This document shows positions 21,470 to 32,877 of a stretch of 64,000 bases of DNA, in pieces. Positions within the stretch are counted from its first letter, which is position 1. Every line of letters begins with the position of its first letter. The translations under genes and the position numbers were made by a program. The stretch covers positions 2,284,089 through 2,348,088 of the forward strand of contig CAJINV010000001.1 of the NCBI GenBank assembly GCA_905178155.1, in the 5' to 3' direction. The DNA comes from Amoebophrya sp. A120. Its lineage: Eukaryota > Protista > Dinoflagellata. The notes under the pieces were generated by a model, which worked only from the letters and a program-made list of their open reading frames with translations, was not told the origin of the DNA and searched no databases.

Positions 21470-23310
21470 AAGAAAGGGCGGGCGGGCCAGCAAGTACAAG
21501 TAGGGTGGCGCCAGAATTCCGATAATTGAAGCACCAGCTCGATGAAGGCCCGTCAGCAAAAGCAGTGCCAGGCACGCAGCATGACGGCGCCACGCCATGC
21601 GAAAACGAAACACGGGCCGCCACACCGTCGCACCGCACTGCAGACAGACTGGAAGCCCAGGGCGCGCCTGCTGCAACACAACCGGGCCCGGCGCCTGTAT
21701 TTGACTTGGCGCCGCGGCGAGCCGAAGGCCCGCCGGCCGGCCGCCCCGTAGACCCATCGAGGCGGAGGCGCCGGCCCGAGATGGGGCGGGGCGCGCGCGC
21801 CCTTCTAGCAAGGCCCCGCCGGGCCACGCATTGGGGCAAAGGATGGCAAGCGTCGGCACCTTGAGCACCTCGCCCCGCCACCGGGCCACGCCCGGCGGGC
21901 CTCCAGCTGCGCGGCGCGCCGAACACAGTGCCGGAGAATTACCGCGCTGCCCCTTCTGAAAATCCGCCCCGCTTCTTCCGCCAGCTCCCCCGGGCTGACC
22001 TTCGCAAGCGACTCGGCGGAGGTGCAACCTCCGGGCCTGCTCCACGCACCCTCCGCATCCGCCGGCTGATTTAGCCATCTTCTCCGCAGAGGGCGCGCAA
22101 CCGCCGGGCGGTAGCCCTTCCAAACTCTGCAACGCCCGCGGGAGCCCCTTCGGCGCCGAGCTCCAGCAAGTTGGTTTTACAACGAAAACAGCGCCGCGCC
22201 CACCCTGCCGGATCTTTGGCTGCCTGGCTGCGCCGCCCGCCTTTCTTGCCAAAACACCAAGCGCCTACGTGCTAGACTGACACAGCGCCTGCCTCGCACG
22301 CTCCCGCTTCGGACGGCCCGGCCCCTTTTTCGGGTTCTTGATGGGTTTTTCGCCTTCCCCGCTTTCACGCGCGCCATTACCAGGCGCCACGAGCTCTGTA
22401 CCCGGTCGCCCGGTCGCGCAGATTGATGTGGTCCCCCAATGCCTTCGATCGCGTCGGGTTGGCTGCCTTAGCACCGTCCCGGCCCTGCTTTGCGTGCTGC
22501 CCAGTTTGCCGCCGCCTGCCCCTTCCCCGGCCGGCGGGGGCCCGGCTGGCGCAAACGGAGCCAGGCCGGCGCCCAACCGCCCCGCGCGCTCCGCCTTTGT
22601 TCTCGGTGGCCGCTTCTGCGCGCGCGGCCGATGTCCCTGCAAGCGCCCCCACCGATAAGGCCCTTGCCCGGCGCCGGCTCCTGCTTGGTTGGGTCTAAAG
22701 GGGCACAAGCGAGGGCCGGCCTGGCCCTACCGCGGCCGCCCGCCAAGCAAAGCAAAGCCTGGCGGCCCGGGCGTTCAATGCGTCGCGACCCACCCAGCCG
22801 CGTGTCTTGAAGACATTCACGGACGCCCCCGCGGGCGTCATGGCAACACCCGCGGACGTCATGGCAACGCCCCGAGTTACTACCAAGCCGGGGCGCCCCG
22901 CGTCCGCTCTATCTCCGCTACCTGCTGCATCTGCTCCAAAGGCTTGCCCGCCTCCGCCGGCTGGCCGTTTGTCGGCGCCTTCTTCATCGCCTCCCGGCCG
23001 GGCGTCGCAGGGCGACGGCAACAGGGCTTTCGTTGAAGTCTGCCTCTCTGTGACGACTCCCACTTGGCCACACCGACCCGAATGATGGAGGTCGCGCAAC
23101 CTGGGCCGCCGATACTCCGGCGCGGGCAGTGTGCGCGCCCCTGGGCCTCGGCGAAAGGCCCGCGGCAATCTTCGCGGGCCCGCTTCCCACCGAAACACCG
23201 CCAAAGTTCCCCAGATCGAGGGCGGGCCCCTCGGAAGACCCTCGGAAGCGCCTGCGGCAGCCAGGCAGCGCCCCGCAGGACACTTTAGCGGCAGCAAAGT
23301 GAAGAAGTCC
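21470..23310. other. GC-rich non-coding or degenerate insert
   Basis: Abrupt GC increase over the flanks. No coherent long ORF, only Arg/Gly/Pro/Ala-rich overlapping ORFs. Short tandem GCGG(G/A)CGTCATGGCAAC at ~22831-22868. Confidence 0.5.
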
Positions 23311-23358
23311 GAGGAGACTAGCAACTGCAATAATAGCGCACAGGCAATCCAGCTACTA

Positions 23359-24474
23359 TCACACGGCATCCGAACACGTTTTCCTCACAGGAAATAGCGC
23401 AGGCGCACAACTCAAGACTATAGAACTGTCCAAAAATGCAATGGTGCAGGACGAGCCGTTGCCCGTTTTTCTTTTTCTTTCCAAAGTTTGTCCCAATTCT
23501 CGCAACTCCCAATATTGGGCCTCTGTAATTTCATCTAAAACAGCCATTGCTACTTTTTCCCAAGCGAAAAACACGGCTGTGTCCCAAAATCGAACTTCTA
23601 GCAACACAACCTTCTGCTTGCCATTCGCAGAATTTGGATCACAACATCTCCTCAACTGCTGGTGGTTTGACACCGTTGTAAAAAAAGCCTCTGCCGCTAC
23701 CGTCGCCGGGTAGCACTTGGCGCCGCAACCAAGCGCGGGACAGGCGATTTGCACGAGCGCCAGACTGGTTGCGTTGAGGCTCCAATCAAGCGATTTTTTG
23801 ACCACGGTGGCGATGGCATCACTCACCTCCGCAGTGGTACTCACTATTTCCCGACTCGCGTACACGTGGCTGATGTCGCGCGTCTCCACAATAACATCGT
23901 TTCTTTCGTCATCATCGCCTGCCGGCTTTGAATTCTCGTCCACATCCTGCTGTTCCTGTTTCTCCACATCCGGCCGATACAGTGGCAACAGGCAGTGTAG
24001 GACAAATGAGCATCGCAACGTTGCGCTAGTCAACGATGTACCCGCTCTGCGGGGCACCGGAGTTGGCAACACCTCCCCGACCCGGAGCTCCGCTGTTTCG
24101 TCAAAATCTTGCGAAATAAAAGCGATTCCCCGAAGCTGCTCCTCTTCCCTCCGCCTCTTCAATGCGCGCCGCGCCGCGTCCGCCAACATCTCCCCTCCGC
24201 ATCGATCGTGTAGCGCCACATCCGCACTTTTCCTGCCCGCAAAGCCCCACCAGTTACGCAGCCGAGCACCCTGGAGTTGCCGGTTCGTGCTGGTGACGAT
24301 GACCTGGCCCTCGAAATCCGCCAGATCGCTGTCTGGACGAAGAACCAACACAAAGCTGTGGCGCTGGAAAGTGCGTGTTCGCTCTGCGGGATTCGGTGCT
24401 TTCGCTTTATCTTCGATAGCTAGCGAAAAGTACCGGACCCGCCGTGCTTCCGGAGGGTGTGGAATAGAGGTCAT
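23359..24474 (-). CDS. Macrodomain (Appr-1-p processing) protein
   Basis: IVTSTNRQL...ADVALHDRCG...LRVGEV...LRCSFVLHCLLP...IACPALGCGAKCYP match the order of macrodomain motifs. Confidence 0.75.
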   Translation of the reverse strand: MTSIPHPPEARRVRYFSLAIEDKAKAPNPAERTRTFQRHSFVLVLRPDSDLADFEGQVIVTSTNRQLQGARLRNWWGFAGRKSADVALHDRCGGEMLADAARRALKRRREEEQLRGIAFISQDFDETAELRVGEVLPTPVPRRAGTSLTSATLRCSFVLHCLLPLYRPDVEKQEQQDVDENSKPAGDDDERNDVIVETRDISHVYASREIVSTTAEVSDAIATVVKKSLDWSLNATSLALVQIACPALGCGAKCYPATVAAEAFFTTVSNHQQLRRCCDPNSANGKQKVVLLEVRFWDTAVFFAWEKVAMAVLDEITEAQYWELRELGQTLERKRKTGNGSSCTIAFLDSSIVLSCAPALFPVRKTCSDAV

Positions 24475-25321
24475 GGGTCGTGTTTGCTAATGTGTTCTAT
24501 TCATCCGGTGTTTGCTTTAAGTTATGCAGCTTCTGCGTCATGTCATTTTCGATATCAATCCATCAATCCGAACGTCGAGAAACACGAAAGCAACGAACCA
24601 AAACGAACAGATCTACAAGAACCAGTGATGTCAAGAAGAGTTGAACTACTTGCCTGTTGCTTTCAGTCATCAAATCACGCTGTTTCATGCAGTGGCATGT
24701 CTTCTTGTTCTACTTCATCTTCTTTCAAAAGAACCGAAGCCTGGGCGATCAGTTGCAGAACACGAGTAGCAGTTCCCAAAACATTTTTTGTCGCCGTCTG
24801 CGATGCTCCTTCGCAGCTGCGGTAGCAGTGAAAAGTACGCGTGAAAAACGTGAGATGCATCCGCCACACAAAACGTGCTCTGGTTGCATCTGCGACAGGT
24901 TCAAGCCTCGCTCCGCGGTCTTACGCGCGGGTACTGGTGTCAGTGTGATACTGTCATTGCTAGCAAAGCTTAAAAAAGTTTGTTGGCGTTGCGTAGATAA
25001 GATGCGCTTTGCATAATGCATTTTTTTGTTCTTTGTAAATGATCTCAACCAAATTCATGCTCAACCAGTGCGCGCGCAAACAACTATTCATCTGTCACCC
25101 GTAATTATATCGAATCATACATTTTCATTTTCGGTACTGAATTTTGGAAACGTACATGAGAACTCTCGTACATTTTCTTCAGGTACAGACATCGCTTCGC
25201 ATTCACACGAAGGGTGTATTGGCTAGAAACACACAGGAAAAGTTCGGACATTTTTTTCTTGGAACTACCGGTAAAACTAAAAAGCGCGTACTTGCATACG
25301 ACGAACGTGTTCCTTATTCCT

Positions 25322-27184
25322 TTACGGATTCTGCGGACAGCCCGGGAAGCAGGCCTTCGTCGACGCGTCAGCAAAAAAGTCCGTCATGTTCGGCAACTCC
25401 GCGTCCATGTTGTTTTCGCCCCGCTTTCCTGCGAGCATCATCTGCGGGAAGCCCAGTCCCTCGACCCGCTTCTTGTTCACTTCGTCCGCGCATGCATTGC
25501 AAATATGTCTGGGTCTGGAAGAATGCAAACTTGTGATGCACATTTCACAACACGTAAAAATCTCTCATGCATACTAGGCAGCAAAAGCTGCCCACTTTCT
25601 GTCACCAAAATAAATGGCACATTTGTCATGCGGATTCGGCATTGCGGAAGCTTCTCGATGAAATCTGTGATGCTAGAGCGTCCATGCCAGACCTTCTGTG
25701 TCATGCAAAAGCAGCATGACTCTTCCAGACCCAGGGATATTTGCATTTGATACCGCGTCGGGGCCCTCCTCCTTGATGCCCGACCCGTCGAGTCCGTCCT
25801 TTTCCAGTGTCTTCGTGGTCAAATCCGCGGTGAACAAAACCTTCCCGTTGGCCTTGTCCAGAAACGCCGGGGTAGTCGAATCCGCGTGCAGCGCCAACAC
25901 ACACAAACCGACATACAGTGGGGTCTCCCCCCCGGGAAAGGCGGCGACCTCGGTGACACCCCCACCCGGGTGGAGGCAGCAGGACCGGATCTTGCATTTA
26001 TTCGTCCCGTTTGTCGCCTCGGTAGAGTTCAGCTCGATCGCCATGTCCCAACTCAAGCGGTCGGTCGCGCATATCAAAAGGAAACATCCCCCCTCCTCAT
26101 ATCCACCCCAACGCGTCTGACGTGTCTGATGCAGGATCTGCATACACAAATCAGATTTGTCTTGCTGGAGAGGAGTGCAGACCCATACTCAGCCGAAGTC
26201 GAAAGGTTTTGGCCTAGGCGTCTAGCATGAGAAACGTCCACGCTGTAGGCCCATCAGCATCACAAACCGCCTGCATAATGCTGCGGAGCTTGTGGAGTTG
26301 CCTTCTCGCAAGACAGGCGTGATTCGTGGTCTCAAATCAGCAACGCAAATTTTCGGAAACATACCTTTTCGATATGGGGAGGGGGGATGTTTCCTTTTGA
26401 TAGCGCAGTGCCCCACACTGTAGCCCACGTCGAACGCGTAAATGAATCCGCCGTAGGAAGAGATTTGTATCAAATGTAAAAATGTCTGGGTCTGGAAGAT
26501 TCCGGGATTTGTGATGCATATTTTGCATGACCCAGGATGTCTTTAATGCATGATCTAGCATCACAGATTTTTGGAGGGCTTCCTGATGCCTATTTCGCAT
26601 GAGAAATGCCCTCTCCGCGTAGCACAAACTAGACTCCTCTTGCTGGTCACGCAATACAGATTTTTTTAGAGTCCAGAGTTAGCGTCACAAGTTCCAAACT
26701 TCCAGACCCAGACATTTTTGCAATCCATAATTTGGAGGATTAACCCATTGGTCACCTGCGCCTCGATCATTTTCGGAATCACCATCGTGCTCAGCACGTA
26801 GGAACTCCGCGCGCCGATCTCCACGTGCGCGTCAAACTCGCTAGCCGGGTGCTCCCAGAAGGGCTTGCCGAGGTAGGGGGTCATGCCGTCGAGCGATCCG
26901 CAGGAACTGTTGACGACGAGGGAAATGCCCGTGCCGGCGGCCTTTGCGGCTTCCGCGACGGTGTTGACAAACTCCTGCACTTTCGCCTCATTTCCCTTCG
27001 CCTGGTCCAGCGAGTAGGGGATCACTTTCCCGGGTCCACCCGCACAATCCTTCGCGAGCGCTTCCAGTTTCTCCGTTGTCCGCGCACACGCATACACCGT
27101 GTAACCGCCCTCGTTCGCGAGGACTTTGGAAATACCCCGGCCGAAACCGCGGGAAGCGCCAGTCACAATCGCGAATTTCGACAT
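25322..27184 (-). CDS. Short-chain dehydrogenase/reductase, DHRS1-like (three introners)
   Basis: AIVTGASRGFGRGI Rossmann motif and KPFWEHP. Spliced QISSYGGFIYAFDVGYSVGHCATDRLSWDMAIEL and GPDA|DEVNKKR. Confidence 0.88.
25491..25752. mobile_element. Introner family A (reverse orientation relative to 714-972)
   Basis: CATGCATTGCAAATATGTCTGGGTCTGGAAG ... CTTCCAGACCCAGGGATATTTGCATTTGATA. TSD CCGCG. 262 bp. Confidence 0.9.
26072..26402. mobile_element. Introner family D
   Basis: 32-bp TIR TATCAAAAGGAAACATCCCCCCTCCTCATATC ... GATATGGGGAGGGGGGATGTTTCCTTTTGATA. TSD GCGCA. Confidence 0.9.
26468..26729. mobile_element. Introner family A
   Basis: TATCAAATGTAAAAATGTCTGGG ... CCCAGACATTTTTGCAATCCATA. 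TSD ATTTG. 262 bp. Confidence 0.92.
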
Positions 27185-28920
27185 CGTTTTGCGGGTTAGA
27201 CTCTTTTTTTTTGGCCCGAGCAGATTTCTGTGTCTGTGACGAGTCGAGTGTGATTACGAAATGAGCCCGTAGTAACTTCTAATCTTCGATACTACTAATA
27301 AAACTCCTGAGCGCGTCCTCGTTATTAATGCGATCGTGTTGATGTGGGGGTTACGGGTTTCAGATCGATCCAATTTTGAATTGATACAAAATTGAAGGGA
27401 AGGGAAGTTTGTACCGCACTTGGGACTTCTCCTTCCTGTCATCGTCATGTAGGAGCTCAGGTGGTTACTGATTTTTGCGCCTACCACCGCCCCTATCCGT
27501 ATCCCCACAACGTTTTCTAATTGCTTTTGACGGGCACTCGTCGGACAGCTTTTCTTCGCGGCCACAAAGATTCACAATTTGGGAACCGACAGCTACGTCT
27601 TGTGTCCGATACTCAACAGACCTCTTTTCACTCACTCATCTTCCAGACTACGCCCTCACTGAATTATGGGCAGCACACCCCACAGAGGCAAAAAACAACA
27701 GACTTATCCAAACTTTGGCGCATATAAGAACCGCATGTCCGCCTACTAGACTGTACGTAGCAAATACGTAGCTAGTACTAGCAGCTCTGGCCTTCTTGAT
27801 GTGACTGATTGATATTTTTATCGAAACCCAACCCAAAAGTTGTGTCGACCGAAGAAGAAATGTCGTTTCAGCGTGATGTTGAATAGGAGTTTGGGGCAGT
27901 ACTGTTTCGTTGCCGATCCGGGTAGGACACTCCGAGTTAATATGGATATAGTTACTTCTCTACGGGTTTTGGTGTGTGGGATGTTGAAAAATACTGGTGT
28001 ATTACGGATTAATGTCGATTAATTTTGGTTGCTTAGAGATGTGTTTTCTAGTCTTTGTGCGGATATAATTACTTACATACGAGATGCGTTTGCTTAATGA
28101 CAAAAGTTGTAAAAGTTGAAAGTTGCATTAGTTGAAATTGGAAACATACGATTTTTCTTGCAAAACATTTGACACGACAATAAAGAAGAGCGATAAGGTT
28201 TTTAAACTTGAACGTCGAAGAGCAACATCTGCGCTGACGCACGGCCCATCTCTGTTCACTTCTACAGGGTATGTATGCTAGAATGGTCAGGGGGTTTTTA
28301 TCTTGGTGCTTTTTTCTACTACTGAATCTATCCCGGGGGTCCCTTCCCAAATTTTGACTACCGCGCTTGCGATACCAAAATTACGTACAACTTTTTTTTT
28401 TGTGTGTGTGTGTGGGGTACAACTGCTAATGTGTGTGTTTTTAATACTTCTCATGCGAATAGGAGGAAATACTCGGAGTTTTAGGTTTGTGCTTCGTAAA
28501 AACAAACCTCTTTTCGACAACTGCAATACTATTGAGCTTCGCTTCTAAAACGCAACTACCTCCGGCCGATGCCCACTGGAGGGGTAAACGCCCCACCGCG
28601 CTGCACCCCTCGCGGGAGTGCGGGCTTCCCTCGGAGAACTTTATCGGCGGAGGTCGTCAACGCACGCTGCCCTCGTATACCACCGACGACGAGACTGAAT
28701 AGAGTGTTTTTGATTTTAAATTTGGGGTTGCCTACAGGTACTGGTACTGGAATAGAACAAATCAACAGTCTGACTTGCTGTTCCTCGAACTTGAAGTGAT
28801 TATTCTCAACGCATGCATCATTTTTGACCTTTTTTATTTGCTACATATACTCACTGCATTTGTTTCTAGAAAAAGCGAAATCCATTTATCAAAATCAGAT
28901 TAACAAACCGTGTAGAACCA

Positions 28921-31519
28921 CTAATACCTTTGTGGTTTTGACAAGCTTCGGGTTTGCTGCGGTTCCGGCGAGTCCAGGATGTCCATAGAGCTTGGGATAA
29001 GCCTCGGCAACGTCCCGGTCGACTCTGATTGGGCCATCGAGTGGTCCCCCACCCCGGGGTACTCGTTGGAACTCAACACTTCCAAATTATTGTTCGTGTA
29101 GGTCGTTATCGGCTTTGAGGTCAAGAAATGCTGGTTGTTGATGTTCGGGGAACCATGATTTGTCGTGCTGGTTGATGTACTACTATGTGCACTGGGTAGA
29201 TGAGACGCGCTGTTCTTCGAGACAGTACTCGTGTTGATTCTGTTGCCCGCGAAGCTGCTCGTTGGCGTTCCTGAGGACGAGTACTGGATAGAATGCAGGT
29301 TCTGATTATGCTGGTACGGCCCCAATATCTGCTCGTCGTTGCGTTCGGGGGACAAATGGGACAAGTGCACAAAGCTACAGCCGGAGGACGCGGCCATCTG
29401 CGACCGGGCGTAGCCCATCCTGGCGTTGGTTAATCCGAAGTTGGTGCGGAGATCCAGGTCTCCCTGGTACTTGCTCAAGTGCTCCAATCGGCGCTGACAC
29501 AGGTCGAGCTGGTCAATCAGCTGCTGGATGGTCGGCATCTCCTTCAGTTTGATACTCTTGCAAAACCGGTGTGTGCCGGCCGCTTGGGTACCTGATAGAG
29601 ATAAAGTGATGCAGAAAATAACTGAACAGTGTAACATACATGAAACTCAAACTGGTTCAACACACATAAAGATGAGCATAACGGCATCCATAAAGACAAC
29701 AATGTGAGAAGCAGGAAGTACTTAAATAAAAACGCATAATCTACATCAGACCTAGCCACCGTCTCCTGTACCTACTAACCGCAGTGTGGCCGTTCTTTCC
29801 GCGATGCCGTCGCCTACGGAGACCAGGTTCTGGTACCGGCCCTGCAATAATTCCCGCTTGAAAACGTCCAGTTTGTAGGTGAGCAGGTAGTTCATGGGCT
29901 TCGCGAAGATCGGGTAGCTCCTAATTTTGGCGTGCATGACCGGCATAAACGCTTGACAACTGGTGTCGATCCACCCCGGGGCGCTATTGGTGATGATCAC
30001 TACCTTACCGTACTGCTCGGCGAGCGTCAGCTATGCATTGCAAAAGTATCGTACTAAGCGTACATTGCATTACAAATTTATTTCAGAAAGAAAAGTGGAG
30101 TTTGTAATGCTGGTTTGCCTAAGATGGGCAATTTGTCATGCATGATTGCAATTACTACGAGTAGGATACTTCTGCAATGCATATAAGCGTCTCCACAACC
30201 ATCTGCGCCAGGTAGTTCAATTGCTGCACCTATGCATTGCAAAAGCGTCTGGGTCTGCAAGAGTGGAACTTGTAATGCTGTCTTTGTATTCCAGAAAAAT
30301 CTGTGTTGCATGAGTAGCAAAGGAAATGCAATTTTTGCTACGCTGAGAAGGCATTTGTCATGCGGAATAGGCAACAAGAAGCCCTCAAAAAATCTGTATT
30401 GCTAGTGTATGCATTACAGACATCATGGCTCATGCAAAACGTGCATGACAACTGTCAGAATCTTCCAGACCCGGACTTTTTTACGATTGATAGCACCAAC
30501 TGCGGGCGCATTTTCTGTGCGGGGATGCGAAGGAGTCGGCTCCGTTCCAGCGCGGACGTGGGAAAAAAGGTGTCATCCCAGTCAAACACGATCAGCGTGT
30601 TCTCAATCGACGTAGCCGTGGTGGCCCCATGCGAGGGGGAGTTGGAGGCAACTGTGAGTTGTGTGGGAACTTGTTTGGGAACAATAAAAGTAATATGTAA
30701 CAAGTAAACTCATTCATCTTAGCCTACAGCAGAATTATTTTTAGCAGCCGCAGCTTCCACTCTTACAAGGATAAGGTGGAAGTGGTACTGATTCTAGTTC
30801 CAAATCCAGTCCTATTGAATTCAGTAGAAGCAGATCATACGTAAAAGTACCTGATGAACTTCCCCCAAGTGCCGCGGTGCTGTCTGATATCCCCGAGCTG
30901 GTATTCGGTTTGTTGGAATTGAGGGAGCTGCGGAGCAGGGTGGGTGGGGTATGGCGTTCTCAAGCGTTACACTCTCAACTATTACATGAATTTGTCATGC
31001 AACAATGGCAAACGCGAAAGGGGAGACCTAGCGCGTCTTGCAAGACAGATTTGGCACAGATTCTCAGCCTGTTTGGCTCTTCGAGAATTTGTCATGCAAA
31101 GCAGCTTGATCATGTAGATACTGATGGCAATTTTGCATTACAAATCGTGTAACAGTTGAGAATGTAACATTTGAGAGTCCCATATGGGAGGCTGTACTCT
31201 TTCGATCCAGCGGTACGAGGCGCCATGCTGGAAAAAGGAGTATCAAATGCAAATATGTCTGGGTCTGGAGGACCGCAGAAGTTTGCCATGCTGTTTTTCC
31301 GTGACCCGAAAGGTCTGGCATGCAGGCCCTAGCATTACAGGTTTTGAGAAGGTATCGCTATGCCTAATCCGCATGACAAATCCCATCTTTCGGCGACACA
31401 TAGTGGGCCACTTTTGCTGTCCACACATGACAGATTTTTGTGTGATTTGAAATGTGCATGACAAGTTCGCGTCCTTTCAGACCCAGACAAATTTGCACTT
31501 GATAAGGAGCGATCGTCAT
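28921..31519 (-). CDS. HAD-superfamily-like protein (FDWDDT type), four introners
   Basis: NTLIVFDWDDTFFPT (motif I), spliced QYGKVVIITNSAPGWI (motif II), NLVSVGDG (motif IV), last exon KSIKLKEMPTIQQLIDQL. The start is uncertain. Confidence 0.8.
30032..30183. mobile_element. Introner family E (short copy)
   Basis: TATGCATTGCAAAAGTATCGTACT ... AGTAGGATACTTCTGCAATGCATA. TSD TCAGC/TAAGC. Confidence 0.85.
30231..30492. mobile_element. Introner family A
   Basis: TATGCATTGCAAAAGCGTCTGGGTCTG ... CCAGACCCGGACTTTTTTACGATTGATA. TSD GCACC. 262 bp. Confidence 0.9.
30950..31184. mobile_element. Introner family C
   Basis: TATGGCGTTCTCAAGCGTTACACTCTCAACT ... AGTTGAGAATGTAACATTTGAGAGTCCCATA. TSD TGGGG/TGGGA. 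Confidence 0.88.
31241..31504. mobile_element. Introner family A
   Basis: TATCAAATGCAAATATGTCTGGGTCTGGA ... CAGACCCAGACAAATTTGCACTTGATA. TSD AGGAG. Confidence 0.9.
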
Positions 31520-31934
31520 CCACAATCAGAAAGCTCGCCGCCGTGTTCGGTTCTACTTTTCGGCAGCTGATGTTCCTGCGGTGGTGGGGAGCAAGTTGTA
31601 GTCTTCGTCCGCTCTTAATGTGTTTGTAGTAGAACCCTGGTTTCTTGATTGCTTATTGTGGTTGTCAGCGTCGTTGTGGAACGAAACGAACTATCCGTCG
31701 CTGCCGTTTTTCTTGTCTCTTTTGCTTACGTCGCACTCGCGCCGCTTCTGCCTATAATCCCGGCTGGAAGAACTTTTGTCCCGCGTGAAGTACTTAAGTT
31801 GTTGTCGTGATCGTTCGTCGCGTGTCGAGTCACAAGTTTCTTTTGAATTCCAAAATAATGTTGAAATTACTTCTTTTTGGGGAGTAAAACGCCTTTCAAG
31901 CGGGGTACGTAAGCGTTGGAGCAGCTGAAGTTGC

Positions 31935-32113
31935 TATGAATGGACAAAGTACAAAAGTTCAGTATTAACTATTGCATTTTCTGAGCCGTATTTTTCATTT
32001 TCCAAAATGCAAAAACCGATTTCGATTGTCATGAAAACAATTTTTTGTCATGGAGAAAACATTTCTTTGTGATGCAAAAACTAAATTCTTGAGAACGCAG
32101 AACTGCTTTCTGA
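31935..32113 (+). repeat. Left TIR of the large element (truncated by assembly gap)
   Basis: 179 bp, reverse complement of 37954-38132 with no mismatch seen by eye. Confidence 0.93.
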
Positions 32114-32213
32114 NNNNNNNNNNNNNNNNNNNNNNNNNNNNNNNNNNNNNNNNNNNNNNNNNNNNNNNNNNNNNNNNNNNNNNNNNNNNNNNNNNNNNNN
32201 NNNNNNNNNNNNN

Positions 32214-32877
32214 TCTTCGCAAACAAGTGCGAGCACACACTCCTGCGCGGCGTGTGTGAGGTTATTATGCTTGGCGGGGATGATTTTTTGTCTTTGCACA
32301 CGAAGACTTTGCGGACTTCCCGGATTTTCTTCTCGAATGACTCTTTCTGAAAGTTGAAATTCGGGCCATCTTTTTCGACCCCGTTGTCATCCATGTGGTC
32401 CATCATCTCCTGCAAAAAGTCCTTTGTTTTTTTGCTCGGGTCGATGGGCACATTCTTGATTTTGCCCCGGCCCCCTTTTGTGGTCGCCAGTTTTGAATTC
32501 CCGATGCGGACGGTATTCAAAGTTAAATCGCCGCGCTGCAATAGCCTTACGTCCATGCCGCGCCGGCCAGTCAGGCATGCCACAATCCACGCGAGTTTAT
32601 AAAATTTGCCCGCTTCCTTCTTGCGGCCGGTTGATGCTTCCAATGCGTCGCCGAACCGCAGACAGTCTCCCATCGTGAGCGACCCGGAGCGCTCTTCGCT
32701 ATCAAAAACATCCAAACGCTTCGGCGTTTTGCGGGCGCTTGGCTTTGCGATGGTCTTCTGTTTCTTCTTTCCCAAGACAGCCTTCTGCGCTGCGACTGCC
32801 TTCTTTTTCAGCGTCTTTTTGAAGTTCGGCTTCAGGGCGGACTTCTGTTTCTTGCCTGCGATTTTTTTCCCCTTCAT
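32214..32877 (-). CDS. Tyrosine recombinase (catalytic domain) with K/A-rich basic N-terminus; 3' end lost in gap
   Basis: Box I WIVACLTGRRGMDVRLLQRGDL, catalytic Lys region TTKGG...KNVPI, box II TSHTPRRSVCSHLF. The His/Trp and Tyr nucleophile are expected inside the gap at 32114-32213. Confidence 0.8.

Noticed and set aside
32029-32213. C-terminal part of the YR ORF as given in the ORF track
   Set aside because: It is read-through across a 100-N gap into the TIR, so the frame and sequence are meaningless.
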